Position numbers and translations under genes: made by a program
In this document: positions 1 through 13,690 of the stretch, piece by piece
How the letters are laid out: every line of letters begins with the position of its first letter
How positions within the stretch are numbered: position 1 is the stretch's first letter
Assembly (NCBI RefSeq): GCF_006345805.1
Contig: NC_043006.1
Span: 19,778,001-19,842,000 of the forward strand
From: Octopus sinensis
Lineage: Eukaryota
Reading direction: 5' to 3'
Length of the DNA: 64,000 nt
Notes under the pieces: model-generated
Seen by the model: the letters and a program-made list of their open reading frames with translations, nothing else
Database searches by the model: none
Told to the model about the DNA's origin: nothing

Positions 1-318
1 AATCCACAATTTTTCAGTTAGAGGGCTCGCACTTTCAATGGTCATTCAAAACCGTCCAAGGGTGGTCGCGCACATCTTTACATTTCCCTAGTCACCCCAC
101 AAAGCCATTAAAAAAAATCAATAGAAGTGACTTTTTTGTGAATTTTCTATCCAAAACCCAATCAAAATGCCCAAAACTTAATACGCCAATTGAATGCCAG
201 CTAGCTGTATGTGACTGGTCGGAGATTTGGACAGTACTCGCGTGTATGTGCGCATGCGCACAGCTGTATATGCACACACTAGCACCATGACCTGGCATTG
301 CCGGGTCATAGTGCTAGT
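1..318 (+). mobile_element. Helitron-like 3' terminus
   Basis: 41-bp near-perfect palindrome actagcaccatgacctggca-t-tgccgggtcatagtgctagt at 278-318 ending in CTAG-T. The 5' part runs off the window. Confidence 0.55.
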
Positions 319-1341
319 TACTAATAAAAAAAATTACAACTGAGACTACTGTTGTTTTAACAATAATTTAAGCTTAACACCTGATTAAACATCACTAGCT
401 CATACTTGGGAGCGCTTAGCAAAGACTACTGTCAGCATTTGTATCAGAAACTTAGTGGTTCCTTTCTTGGTCATGTTTTCCTGAAGCCATTGGTATGGAG
501 ATGCTCAAGATGACCATCAATCACATCAATCTAATTAATCTGGAGTGGTGACCCTGAAAAAGTAATGCTCAATTCTATCCATTTGACAAACCTATAAGAG
601 ATATATGTGTGAGAGAACAAAAGTGTGTGTGTGTATGTGTGTGTATATATGTGTGTATGTGTGTGTGTATGTGTGTATATGTGTGTGTGTGTGCAGGAAC
701 AGGCAGGCTCTATGGTAACAAAGTTTACTTCATAATTGTGTAGTTTTGGTTTCCAACCCATTTCATAGCACCAAGGATAAATGTTTTCCTCAGACTTGTG
801 GGTGAAATTAGTAGACAGAAATTGTAGGAAAAATGGTCGTGTGTGTGTGTGTGTGTGTGTATACGTATGTATGAGTGTGTGAATGCTTGTTTCTAAATGT
901 CTCATATTGGCACCATTTAGAAGACAGCAATAGGTTTACACCTTCTGTAAACGAGGTCCAGCAGCTCAATATGTGAAAAGCAGAGGAATAAAAATATCTC
1001 ATCTGAAAAACTGTAAGCATTGGCAGCAGGAAGAGCATCCAGCCATTGAATACTGTCTTGATAAGTTTCATTCAAGTCATTACCCGTATGGAAAAAAAAG
1101 TGATATAAAAACATCAATGATAGTGATAACGATGATGACAATGACGATGGTGGTGATGATGACATTGTATTCTTAATTGCAAATGGTGGTTTTGAGAAAC
1201 GCGTAATCAACAAAATAGTCTGTAAAAAGTTAAAGACAAAATCATTTTGAAGAAATATGAAGAATTCAACTGAACTTGAAACAATAAAAACTGATAAAGT
1301 GTTTTGGGTAGATATGCATAAATATTTTATTACTTTCATGC

Positions 1342-1390
<49 letters not shown>

Positions 1391-2006
1391 CATGTATGTA
1401 CAGAAATATAACAATATTGTTAAACAAAGTAACAGCTGTAAGAATAATATAACAAACATACAAATAATAAGTATTTACCCTGATCCAGCTTCTAAAACTA
1501 TTTAGAGTCCAGTTTTGAGAAATAATTTAAATGAAAAAAAAATATTAAAGGAAAGATAATATTCTGGTGAAAAAAAAATTTTAATGAAAAAAAATTTTTT
1601 AAATATATAATTGAAAACAAAAATAATTAGAAAATTAAAAAAAAAAATAAAACAATAATTTAAACAAATAAACAAAATAAATAAATGGTTGAGAAGTATT
1701 TATTCTTCGTCCAAGCCAAAAAAAAAAAAATTGAGTTGGAGCTTGGGAAAGAGAGAAATACCTGAAATTGGATAATCAGTAAATATAGTAGAGGGAGGAG
1801 GACAGAGAGAAAAATCAGGAGTGGTCTGAGAATTAAACTTAAAAAGTAAAGACAAACAGTACCAAGAACCAGAGAGGAATAAATAATCGGTAAATGAAAA
1901 TCCTCTTAAAATGGTATCTGCATTCTTTTTTTTGTTTTGTTCTTTGTGAAAAATCTTTTCCATTTACTTTTTCAAGTCCAGAGAAACCAACAGCAGAAAC
2001 TGCAAA

Positions 2007-2019
2007 ATGAATATGAAAT

Positions 2020-2052
<33 letters not shown>

Positions 2053-2093
2053 CAGATATATATATGTATATATACATATATACATATATATAT

Positions 2094-2124
<31 letters not shown>

Positions 2125-2135
2125 TACATATATAC

Positions 2136-2186
<51 letters not shown>

Positions 2187-2280
2187 CATATATATATATA
2201 CATATATATATATACATACACACATACACATATGTACATGCATATATATATGCATGTACATATATGTATGTGTGTGTGTG

Positions 2281-2327
<47 letters not shown>
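2007..2327. repeat. Compound (TA)n/(TACA)n microsatellite
   Basis: Directly visible; source of the YI-rich pseudo-ORFs. Confidence 0.95.
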
Positions 2328-2329
<2 letters not shown>

Positions 2330-2689
2330 AGTTTTTCCATAATCTAGTTTGTGCCTTAACAGAATGATAGGATTTTTTATTAAGATAGTTACATGTCACA
2401 TGAGCCTTATTGAGAGATTGCCATCACTTCTAAACTTAAGAGGTTCAAATTGTTAATAACAGAAAATTCTGTTTAAAAAGTTGTGTGTGGTGTGTGTGTA
2501 TATTTATATATACATATATTGAGAGGGAGGGTAGCCATAATTTAATAGTGTCAGCAGCAACAGACTTCAAAGTTTTAATTTATTCAAAAGATTTAGTTAG
2601 AATAGTTGATATATATATATATATATACATACACATATATATGTGCATGTTGAAGTGTGCCAAATGACTGATAAAGAGTGCTTAATACA

Positions 2690-2860
2690 TGTTATGGTTT
2701 ATTGATATTAAATGTTTATATCTTGACTGGAGTTTCATGGCACTGCAGTCTTCATATGAGAACAATTTTACACTTCTTTTACTTCTGTTCTCACCCGAAG
2801 ATTGTAGTGACATGAAACCTGAGTAACCAAATATACATTCAGTTTCAATAAACTATATAT
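2690..2860. mobile_element. Foldback of two diverged PLE terminal-repeat relics, each with a hammerhead-like core
   Basis: Minus strand ATGAAGA-ctgcagtgccat-GAAAC-tccagtc (2724-2755) and plus strand CCGAAGA-ttgtagtgacat-GAAAC-ctgagta (2795-2825). Both are preceded by tgttctca and followed by homologous sequence containing AATAAA. Confidence 0.5.
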
Positions 2861-5459
2861 CATTGTACAGTGCTGCCAGCAACTGTGGACTTGAGAAGGT
2901 TAATCTTTAACATAACTATTTCCAATTTCAACCCTTCATAATAATCATGCAAGTCTTAACAAAAAGTGTAAGTCATAGAAATACAAGCAAGAGATTTAGT
3001 CAAGTCTCTCACACTCCCTAGTTGGTTATAATAGAAAGCAAATCCAATACAATATTGTGATACAGCTAATATCAATAGTTTCAATAATTAAACTTAAGCT
3101 TCAAAAATGTTATTTTAGGTTGCTGCTTTAACATATTTGATGTCTGATTTTAACATTGAAATGAGTCGTTACTTTTTCACCCCAAATTTTTCAGTTTGCA
3201 AACTTTTAAGTAGTAAATTCTATTTTTCTTTCTCCCAGCAGCTAGGGTCCATAAGGTTGGTACTTGATTTTTTGTTTTCTTTTTTTTTTAGTGATAAATA
3301 GATGAGAGACAAATATTTTCCCTTTGGATAGGATGTAAGTCTCTATCACAGATTAACACTTCAGTTCGACTTAAAGCTGTCTTCCACATATGTAGCAAGG
3401 GCCAATTATCTTTCTAAGAGACACAATAGAATGCCTGGAGTAGAATAGTCACCATGCTCAGAAATAGTAATTGTTTAGTAGACTGTATTCAGTTGAAGGG
3501 ACACAAATTCAACCAGATCAAATTATTATTAATAATTATTTCAAAAATTGTGGAGATGGTACAAAAAAGTCAGATTTGAAGCATTACAATGTAGAGTTTC
3601 AGGACTTAAATTTCTGAATTCAAATTCTGCTGAGGTTGACTTTGCCTTTCATCCCTTCTTTTGCTGCTAAATTAAGTACCAGTAATATACTGGTATTATG
3701 TCAATCAACTATAGTCCTTCTCCCTTGCAAATAAATCCTTGAGCCTAGAAACAGAAAACAAAACTCAGTATTTAACTAGTCAATCATGCTAAGATTGTAT
3801 ATATTCAAAACATTTAATTCTCAGACAACAAAAGTGAAAATAAAATGGTTTCTTTAATAAATAGAATGAAATGAGTCGCTTTACTGATACTGACAATAAA
3901 CAAAACTTTCTTCAATTAATCTTCTATCAATGACTAATATGTCTGAATTTTCTCAGTTTTATTTTGTTTTGTTCTTGAAATGGAAAAACAAAGGTTTTAT
4001 TGTTCTAGTATTAAATGCTAAAATAACAAGCAGGATTATGTTTGACCACAAGCAAATCATTTAGTTTTACTCTTTTTACACCTAAGCACAACATACATAT
4101 AGGTATTTATAAAATGTTTAATAATAATAACAACAACAAGATTGTGTCTGAATATATTAAGGCTGCCTATCAAGAAATTCTAGTCCATCCTCTAAAATAG
4201 GCAAGAATCCCCCACATTTCAAGTTAGATGGCATCAGTTATCTATTACGTTTAAAAAAAAAACTGTATAATCCCCAACCTCAACAAAAACTTTCAAGGCA
4301 GCAGGAGATATAAACTGCATGAATTGAAAAAAAAAAACGATTGCCAAAAGATTGACAATCTAAAAAGAATTCCCCCTCCTCTCCCACAAATACCTGTTTA
4401 ACTGATTTTTTTTCTTCCTTCTGATGACTTCTGTTTAAAAGGATGGTAGTCAAAATTATTTTTCAGCTAGAGAAATTTTAATCATGGAAAGGATCAGAGG
4501 TTCAGATTACAGAATTGTACAACAAATGATTGCATCCTTTTGATTAATGATTAAAGTAGATTAATTGAGAATTAAAATATCAATAATGTGATATTAATTA
4601 AAACTTAAAAAAAAAAAAATTAAAATAAAAGAGAGAGTGAGTGAGAGAAGTAAACTGCAATACTATAATAATGTTTGGGAAAATTATGAATGTCTAAATA
4701 ATTATTCAGATTTTTAAAATGACACTTAATGATACTTAAGAACTGTTTTATTAATTTTACTGGGAGAAAATCGAAACCTATAGCTGAGCAAGATGTTACA
4801 AGGTAGAGCTGCTCATAGATGCCTAACATGAACAAATGACCACCCACTACAAAAGAAAAAAAAATGCCTTTCAAGTACCAGCATCTTCAGTAATTCTATG
4901 GAATTTGAGGAGAACTTCATTTCAAGAAAACCAAACAAGACTAGGTTAACAAAACTTCAGTTGTGAACAAGCCCCTCTTTGTTTGAATGAAACACGGGAG
5001 TTCAACCTTAATGATGGATCAGAAGTTTAAATTACAGAATAGCTGTAATAATACAATTCTATATTTCTAAGATGGGGAGTTTCTAAGATGGAGAATGTAC
5101 AGTGTTTACATTAATTGGGGTGATGTCCTTATTTTGATTGTTGTTTTCACTGTTTTAGCTGTGTATGCTCCAGCCTTCTTCAGGTGTCTTGTGATTCACC
5201 TTAGCACCTTGTCTGGGACTGAACTCAGAATGTCTAGGTGTACATAGCTGTAATAGTTATATACTACAGGTACTGGAGACTGAACCTGTGATTTGAGAAT
5301 CAAAACATATTCACTTATTTTAAAATGTGGGATTTCTAACACAAACTAGAAAAATACACACACAATTAAAAGTAAAGCACCTAGTTGTGTCTCATTTCCA
5401 AATATGTCTTTCACAATAATGATGTCAAACTTTGGCACAAGGCCACCAATGTTAGAAGA

Positions 5460-5640
5460 GGGGACGAGTCAGTTACATCAACCCCCAGAGATCAACTGGT
5501 ACTTATTTTATTGGTCACGAAAGGATGAAAGGCAAAGTTGACTGCAGTGGGATTTTGACTCAGAATCTGACGAGCCAGGAGGAATACCACAAACCGTTCT
5601 GTCCAGCATGCTAATAATTCTACCAGCTAATGGTAGATAA
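5460..5640 (-). mobile_element. tRNA-derived SINE, degenerate (same family as 37343)
   Basis: Shares actggtacttattttatt...gaaaggatgaaaggcaaagttgac...gaactcagaa with the 37343 and 57830 copies. Confidence 0.65.
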
Positions 5641-6470
5641 TTAAAACAGTAATGTGTAAAAAAAAAGCAAAATATTAATAAAATAACTGGTAAGATAACA
5701 ACAGTTTTCACCCCTTCATTATTGTATTCCTATTTAAAATACATCACTTTTGCTTCAATTAATTTTGAAAAATAATGAAGAATTTAGTGAAATAACCATA
5801 TCATTATGAAAATGGTGTTTTAAACAAATTAGCATGAAATAAAGTTTTGATTTAGATCACATTATCATATAACCAGGAGTGATCTCAGATGGGCTGATAT
5901 TATAAGGATTAGACCAGCAGGTTATTGGAGACATCCGAGTTTGGCTGTGGTTTTGGTTAGCATTAGAAAAAAAAATCTACTCAGCTAGGCAGACAAAATA
6001 ATTTAAGCACTTTCAAACTGATATTTAACAAAACACAATCCACTTTTGTTATCAATATTATTATTATTATTGTTATTATTGGCCAGCACCGGTCTGAAAA
6101 GAGAAAAGTTTTGTTTTTATTTATTGTTGAAGGTTTTTATTGAGTTCAGTCAATATTTTCTGAGTATTCTGAATTCAAATTTTATTTAAAGTTGGGTTGG
6201 TATATAAAGTACCAGTAATATATTTAGGATTCAGTAGATTGATAACATATTATTCGGTTATCATAATCAGGTTTCAAGTCTAAAAAGTAATTATCATTAT
6301 TATTATTATTATTATTATTATAATCATCATTATGCAAGTTGACTCAGGTTTATTCTTATTCCAGGTGGAATTTATGTTGATTGCAGGTTACTACATGTAA
6401 CCTTAGATATCCACAAGCTTTCAATAATCTATTATCATCATCATTATTATTATTATCATTATTATCAGCA

Positions 6471-6660
6471 GGTGGCACATAAAAAGCGCCGACTACACTC
6501 ACGGAGTGGTTGGCATTAGGAAGGGCATCCAGCTGTAGAAACACTGCCAGATCAGACTGGAGCCTGGTGCAGCCTTCTGGCTTCCCAGATCCCCAGTTGA
6601 ACCGTCCAACCCATGCTAGCATGGAAAATGGACGTTAAACGATGATGATGATGATCATCA
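6471..6660 (+). mobile_element. RTE LINE 3' UTR fragment
   Basis: Matches the 3' UTR that follows the RTE ORF2 at 18890-20112 and 56492-57830; ends in (GAT)n. Confidence 0.8.
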
Positions 6661-8734
6661 TCATCATCATTATTATTGCTGCTGCTGCTGTAATTTCCAA
6701 TGGAGAAAAGAAATGTGTGTTGAATTGAAACAAGTCATGATTTTGTTGGTTTAGCTTTCATTGTTCCATTTCTATGCAGAAATCTGCTTCTGACTGGTCA
6801 AGGCTTGACCCAAACTTGAGAGCAAGGGGTGATTGGCAAATGAAAGCAGTTTCACTTACAGTTCGTTATAGAGAAAGATAAACGTGAGCAATTAGATATA
6901 ACAATTAACTAATTGAAATGATTACCAGAGTTGATTCTTATGAACTGAATGTAATTAGTGATTGAAACTTTGGAATTATAAAGTGTGATTAATAATTTGT
7001 GAATCTATAAAATCTTTTTTGTCTCATTTTTCTTTTCTTTTGGATGAACATTGTTTATAATAATTAAGAGTGATTTTTTTTTAGACTTTTTTTATTATTT
7101 ATTTTTAGTGGATGGGGCATTTGATGGTGTTAGATGAATACGGAATAACTTGATAAGTTCTGGTAGCTAAAAGACAGCAAGGAATAATGGTATACAGAAT
7201 AAAAAAGAATGAATATTATGAAATATGACTAGAATGACGAAACTATATATATATATATGTGTGTGTGTGTATATTTATATATGTAAGTTTATATATATGT
7301 GTGTGTGTTTTTTTTTCATAAACACACATACACAAACACACACACACATATATATATATACATGATTTAAAAGTGGATACAGTCTGAAGAGAGATACAAC
7401 TTTGTAACAATATCACATGATAAATGTATCACAGTACACAGACATAATCAAAAAAAGTTAATATCACAACAAGAAATAATTCAGATATAGCATGAAATTT
7501 AAGAAAAAAAAAAACCATAGCTGCTATTTCATCTACAATGTTTGCTGATGGTTGTATATAATGTATAACAATGAGTGAGAGGAGTGACCCAACCCATTTG
7601 TAAAGCATACCTTAATGAAAGAGAAAGAAACTAAAATGAACAGTTTATGTCTCAGTCAATTTGAGGAAGAGATTCGCTTCCTCAGAGGTGTTTTTAGGCA
7701 TGGGGAAAAAACACCTAATTTTTAGAATGTGGAATAATTAAGATACCAATGAAAAACTATATTAAATTAGAACACATGTTCAAGAATTGGTTTAATCCTA
7801 ACATTACATCACTATATTAATACATTTTTTTTTTTACTCATGGCCTTCAAAAATCATGGCTGTCAATACTTAATAATTAAACTTCGATCTAGATTCACTT
7901 CATAGCTGTAAACAATTAAACAACTGGAATTAAGCAATAAAATTTCGTTTCTATGTAGTTACTTTGCTAACTCAGTGTTACATCCAAATATCCTTCATAA
8001 AAATCCATATTTGTATTCAAAGCTTGGGGAATAAGTGTTTAAATTTTCTCAATCTTAATACATCACCATGTGTCACAATCTTTTCTGAGACAGGCACTGG
8101 GCAAAGTTCAGGGAATGGATAGGGTCACTCTTAACCAAATCCCTTGTATCTGATTGGTTCTTCATTTTATCAACTCATACTTTTGCATATGACTGGTGTT
8201 TTATTATATAAACCTTATACCCTCACTTGACTGGTACTTTATTTTAGTGATCCTCTCCCAGTACTTAACTGGTTCTTCCTTTTATCATCCCCCTGCTTGT
8301 ACTTAACTGCTACTTCATTTTACCAATTCTCCTAGAAAGATAAAATGCATAGTTGATTTCAGAAGGGTTTGAACTTGGAACACAGAGAAGCAAAACTAAA
8401 TGTCAGAAGTCATTTTGGTGTTTCCTCTAGTTTCCACAGTTGTTTGATACATTGAACTACCCAATGAAATTGCAAACAAAGTGGTTGAGTATTCCATAGA
8501 CACTTGTATCCATTACATAATTTTCAAGTGGAATCAGCATGATACAATGTGTGGCAATACTGAATCTTTGAATTACAGCTATAAACCATCTGAAAGGCTT
8601 CTACAGTTTCCATCAACGAAAATTTCCTCAAAAGGTTTGGATCTACCCAAGGTTGCAGTAAAGAAGTCCAAGGTCACGGTCAAACTTTCCTTGCAAAACT
8701 CAATATGTACTCTACTAAAAAGTGTGGAGGGGAG

Positions 8735-8965
8735 TAGCTTAGTGGTTAGGGTATTTGGTTCATGATTGTAAGATTGTGATTTCAATTCCTGGATTATTGT
8801 GTTCTTGAGCAAAACACTTCATTTCACATTACTCCAGCTCACTCAGAAGGCAAAAATGAGTAATCCAGTGATGGCCCAGCATCCCGTCCAAGACTAGGGC
8901 AGAATACATGTGCCACAGAAACCATGTTAGCCAGCCCTATGAGACTATATGACTCAGAAAGGATC
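8735..8965 (+). mobile_element. tRNA-derived SINE with V-domain-like core
   Basis: A-box-like tagcttagtggttaggg, B-box-like gatttcaattcc, then gtgttcttgagcaaaacacttcatttcacattactccag. Confidence 0.65.
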
Positions 8966-11518
8966 TCTTACTAAAAAGTATTGAGATATTCTTCAGATTA
9001 ATGTTAAACTGCTTTTATATATAGCCTCACATAAAAAACAAACATTAACATATCTATATATAGTCATTATTTGTAAGAAAGAGGAAAAAAATTATTAAAC
9101 CGATATTAGTGAAAGGCATAAATGATATTACAATTATAAGAAAAAAAGAAAATAAATCAAAGTGGAAGAGTTTGACAACCATGAAATTGATTAGTAGGGC
9201 ACATGAAAAAAAACACTAACATAATCACACAAAATTTTAAATTATCACAACTACACACTTGACTCAGTAAAACCTTTATACACATACATTTATAAATAAA
9301 CAAATATATACAATATATACTATGTTATGTAAGCTGAAGTTTTTTTCAGCTTTGATAAAATAATATATATTTGTGGAAGTGATAGGTTCAATGGAACATT
9401 GTCAGGCCACTTAGAATAAAGAACTCAAAGCAAGAAATCTGAGAACCAAGATATTCAACCCATAACCAAGAGTCTGACATAATATATTTTGTTTCATCCT
9501 TGATAAAGCCTTCTGATGGAACAAAATATATTTTGTCAGACTCACAGTTATGGATTAAATATATATTTATATATCATATATATATATATATATATATATA
9601 ACACAAAACCATTCAAATTGTTTATGGCAACTAATTTTTGGCCCTTTGTGACAAAACCTCTCAGTGGGTGAGGTGGGCAAATGATTTAGATAACTCTCCA
9701 TTGCTCCAACCAAATCTTCAGGTTTCAGTAATATCATTACCAAGAACTGCCCTATAGTAATAAGACTGGATAAATAACATCACATATGACAATATCTAAG
9801 ATATGGTGATACTAATACAAAATTAACCCCTTGATTGTTGGGTGAGAGATATACAGAGGGTTAGAACATTATAATATGATGTTGTCTCAGGAATCCCACA
9901 ATGTTTCAATATTCTGCAATTGTTCTACTACTGTCCATTTCAGTAATTGTAAAATTCTGTGGATTCATAAAAACTTTGGTTATTATTGAGGCATCAGAGA
10001 ACCACTCAAAAAAAATATTCTTGATAATCCACAGAATCTGAGCAATACAAAAGGCATTCCAGATCCTTACCAAAAAGGAAGCGTATAGTACAGTGTCTTG
10101 ATGGTGATAATAAGGGTGGTAGATTAGCAAAAAAAAAAAACATCAGGAAAAATTGATTTGTAGTATTAGTTTCAACTGTTTACATTCTGAGTTCAAATCC
10201 TGCCAGAGTCAGTTTTTCTTTCCATCCATTTTATCTTTTTTTTTGTGGGGGGGGGATCTAATTGATTAAACACTCTCCTCCAAAATTTCAGACCTTGTGC
10301 CTAAGTTACAAAATAACGATGATAATTATTTCTAATAAAAAGCACTAAGCCTGGGGGCACAGGTTAGTCAATTACATCAACCCCCCAGTACATGGGTAGT
10401 ACTTTATTTTATTGATCCTGAAAGGATGAAAAGCAAAAGTTGATCTCAGCAGGGTTTGAATTCATAATATTAACAGCATTTTGTCTGACACTCTGATGGC
10501 TCTGCTACCTACCACCCTAATAATAATAATAATAATAGTAATAATAATAATAATAATAACAACAACAATAACAACAACAATAATAACAACAGTGCAACAT
10601 TGTTCCTTGATGTTGGTGTAGAGGAAATCAGATCTCTTGATATTAAAGTTTCACACCACAGATGATTGATCTGTTTGTCAAAGAACACAGATCAATATTA
10701 AATTGTTCTTTTACATAGAGGAACAGATCAGTAATGAGTTGTCCCCTGTCTCAGCATGAAGCCATAACTTCTCGTTCCTATTTCTCTTGTGCCTCATGTT
10801 CCTTAACAGGGCAGTTAATATTATTGTACAGAAGGTAAAGAATCAGTTTATTGTAATTTGGTTGAGAGGGCTTCATGTTTCTGGACTCAAAATCTTGCTG
10901 GGAGTAGACTTTCAACTTTTTTCTTTCCCATCATAGAGAAATTAAATATATACCAGTAATATACTGAGGTTGATCCGTACAATTGTACTTGCACCTCCAT
11001 CCACAGCTTTCTTTCTCCATCAAAATAAAAATTTAATTTTAAAAAATCCCAAAAGAGTATTTCGCTTAAGAAAGTTAAGAAAATAATAATAATGAGATCC
11101 CTTAAAATACCTGAGATTTTTTTAACCCCTTTACTTCTCTTCCTCGCCCTCACAAACTTAACCCCTCTGGTACCCTACCACAGAAAGGAAACAACAACCA
11201 TTTAAAATATAGTATGGATAAATAAACAACAAACAAAATGAGATTTTCTTGAAATATCAAAGAGTTGTCACAGATCAAAGTGAAACTGATAAATAGAATT
11301 ATTATGCACAAGCAATAACATGCAAATAAGCAACGAAATAAGCTAAGATTACAATGCACCGTGGTGGGCGGGGTTGGATTGGGATGCGTTTGAGGTGGAA
11401 TTTGAATGCAGAGTGTAAAGAGACTTAAATATAAGCTGCAAAGCTTTTGATCATTCTCTGCACCTTCAATAATTGAGGGTTTGTACAGCACATGCATAAA
11501 TCTATCACTGCCAGGAGG

Positions 11519-11749
11519 TTAACCCTTTCGTTATCAAACCCGGCTGAACCCGGCTCTGGCTCTGAGTACAAATTGTCTTGTTTTCACAAGTTTTGAATTA
11601 AAATTTTCCACCAAACCTTAGTCACAATTTATGTTCCTAACACTAAGCTTAATGATAACTAATTTATTTCACTAAATTCTTTGTTATATTTAAAGTAATT
11701 GAAACAAACACAGAGTATCTCAAAATAAATACAGTAACAAAAGAATTAA
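11519..11749. mobile_element. piggyBac-type MITE, family A
   Basis: TTAA-CCCTTT start and decayed right end (aaagaattaa); internal sequence matches the copies at 12462, 34259 and 61943. Confidence 0.8.
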
Positions 11750-11809
11750 ACTTAATTTTCATAGATTAATTATTAAAAGTAGGTAGAAATTACAAGATAT
11801 AACTCTTTG

Positions 11810-12191
11810 CTCTTTTACTACTTGTTTCAGTCATTTGACTGCGGCCATGCTAGAACACCGCCTTTAGTCGAGCAAATCGACCCCAGTACTTATTCTATCA
11901 TTCTAGTACTTATTTTATCGTTCTCTCTTGCTGAACCGCTAAGTGACGGGGACGTAAACACACCAGCATCGGTTGTCAAGCAATGCTAGGGGGACAAACA
12001 CAGACACATAAATGTATACACACACACACACGGGCTTTTTTCAGTTTCCATCTACCAAATCCGCTCACAAGGCTTTGGTTGGCCTGAGGCTATAGTAGAA
12101 GACACTTGCCCAAGGTGCCACGCAGTGGGACTGAATTCGGAACCATGTGGTTTGTAAGCAAGCTACTTACCACACAGCCACTCCTACACCT
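11810..12191 (-). mobile_element. tRNA-derived SINE, family S1
   Basis: Reverse copy of 24356-24748 with the tRNA-like head at the right end. Confidence 0.85.
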
Positions 12192-12461
12192 GTGGTTTTC
12201 TCTGAAAAGTAATTCTGCACCATTATTTCCTTATATTATCTCATCCAGCATGTGTGTCTTTTCAATTAATGTTCCTCTGTGTAAAAGTTTTTATGGAAAT
12301 TACTAAAGAGGAAGACTAATATAATAAAATTATATTAGTCTTTGGCACACCATTAGCCATATTTCTTCTCACTGATCTAACAATATTCTATTTGAATTGT
12401 AATTCCAACAAAGATTTTCTTTTTTAAAAAATATGTTTAGAACATAAATTTTGTACATGGC

Positions 12462-12689
12462 TTAACCCTTTCGTGACCAACCCGGCTGAAACCGGCTCTG
12501 GCACTGAGCATAAATGTCTTATTTTCATAAGGTTTGAATTAAAATCTTCCACTAAACCTTAGTCACAATTTAAGTTCCTAAAACTAACTGAATGATAACT
12601 AAGTTATTTTACTAAATTCTTGGTTATATTTAAAGTAATTTAAAGAAACACAGAACATCTCAAAATAAATACAGTAACAAAAGGGTTAA
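12462..12689. mobile_element. piggyBac-type MITE, family A
   Basis: TTAA-CCCTTT...AAAGGG-TTAA termini, 228 bp. Confidence 0.9.
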
Positions 12690-13169
12690 ATATTATATTT
12701 CTAAGGAAAATTACAACCCTCTTTAAACACCCAACAACCCCATTCAATCCACTGCAACCCCTTGACATCAGCTGCTCCTTTTGGAGCTAATAATGCCTTT
12801 AAGTGGGTGCTAATGCCCTGATTAAGAAACACTGGTATAACCTGTCCTATGAGAAAACTTGCCAGATTAAAAAGCCAGAGAAACTAAGAATGTACCAAGA
12901 GCTAGGTTTAGAAATATACGAAAGATAGAGGTAAGAAAACTTGGACACTGTGGCAGTTGTGTTTAAATTGTTCAGGCTGAGAAATTAGGAAAGGAAATGG
13001 TTGAAATAATAAACATATATGTGGAGAGAAAACTGTAGTAAGAAAGTAAATGCCATAAAAGATATTGTCTGTAATTATCTACAGAGACTGAAATTCCTAT
13101 TTCCAAAGTCCAAACAAAATTTTGGTAAACAGGTATATTCTGCTTACTACTACAAGAAGTAATGATATA

Positions 13170-13379
13170 AGCACAGGGACTGAAATTTAGTAAACCGGGG
13201 TTAGTTGAATATAATACCCTCACTCAGTACTTGACTGGTACTTTATTTTATCAAAGTTGGAAAGATGAAAGGTAAAGTTGGCCTCATCAGGATTTGAACC
13301 CAGAATGTGAGAGCCAGAATAAATACCACAAGGTGTTTCGCCTGATGTGCTAACAATTCAGCCAATCCATCATCATAAA

Positions 13380-13443
<64 letters not shown>

Positions 13444-13690
13444 GTAAAAATAATAATAATAATAATAATGATGATGATGATGATGATGATGATGATAATA
13501 ATAATAATAAATATTTCTAACATAGGCACAAGACCCTAAATTGGTGGGGAAGGGGGTTAATTGATTAAATCGACCCTGATACTTGATTAACACCATATTT
13601 TGTGAACCCTGGGATGTTGAAATGCATAGCTGACTGTGGTGGAATTTGAACTCAGAATGTAAAGATCTGGTAAAAATTCTGCCAATCCAG
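13170..13690 (-). mobile_element. Two degenerate SINEs (37343 family) flanking a (TAA)n/(TGA)n microsatellite at about 13380-13510
   Basis: Family motifs at 13230-13370 and 13560-13690; the triplet repeat between them is directly visible. Confidence 0.6.

Noticed and set aside
7384-7440. CTGAAGA followed by a gagataca/tgtatcac stem, a possible hammerhead
   Set aside because: GAAA is missing after the stem and stems I and III cannot be formed; at most a very old relic.
11360-11395. GC box plus CCAAT-like motif as a promoter
   Set aside because: Isolated motifs with few CpGs and no adjacent exon or ORF evidence.
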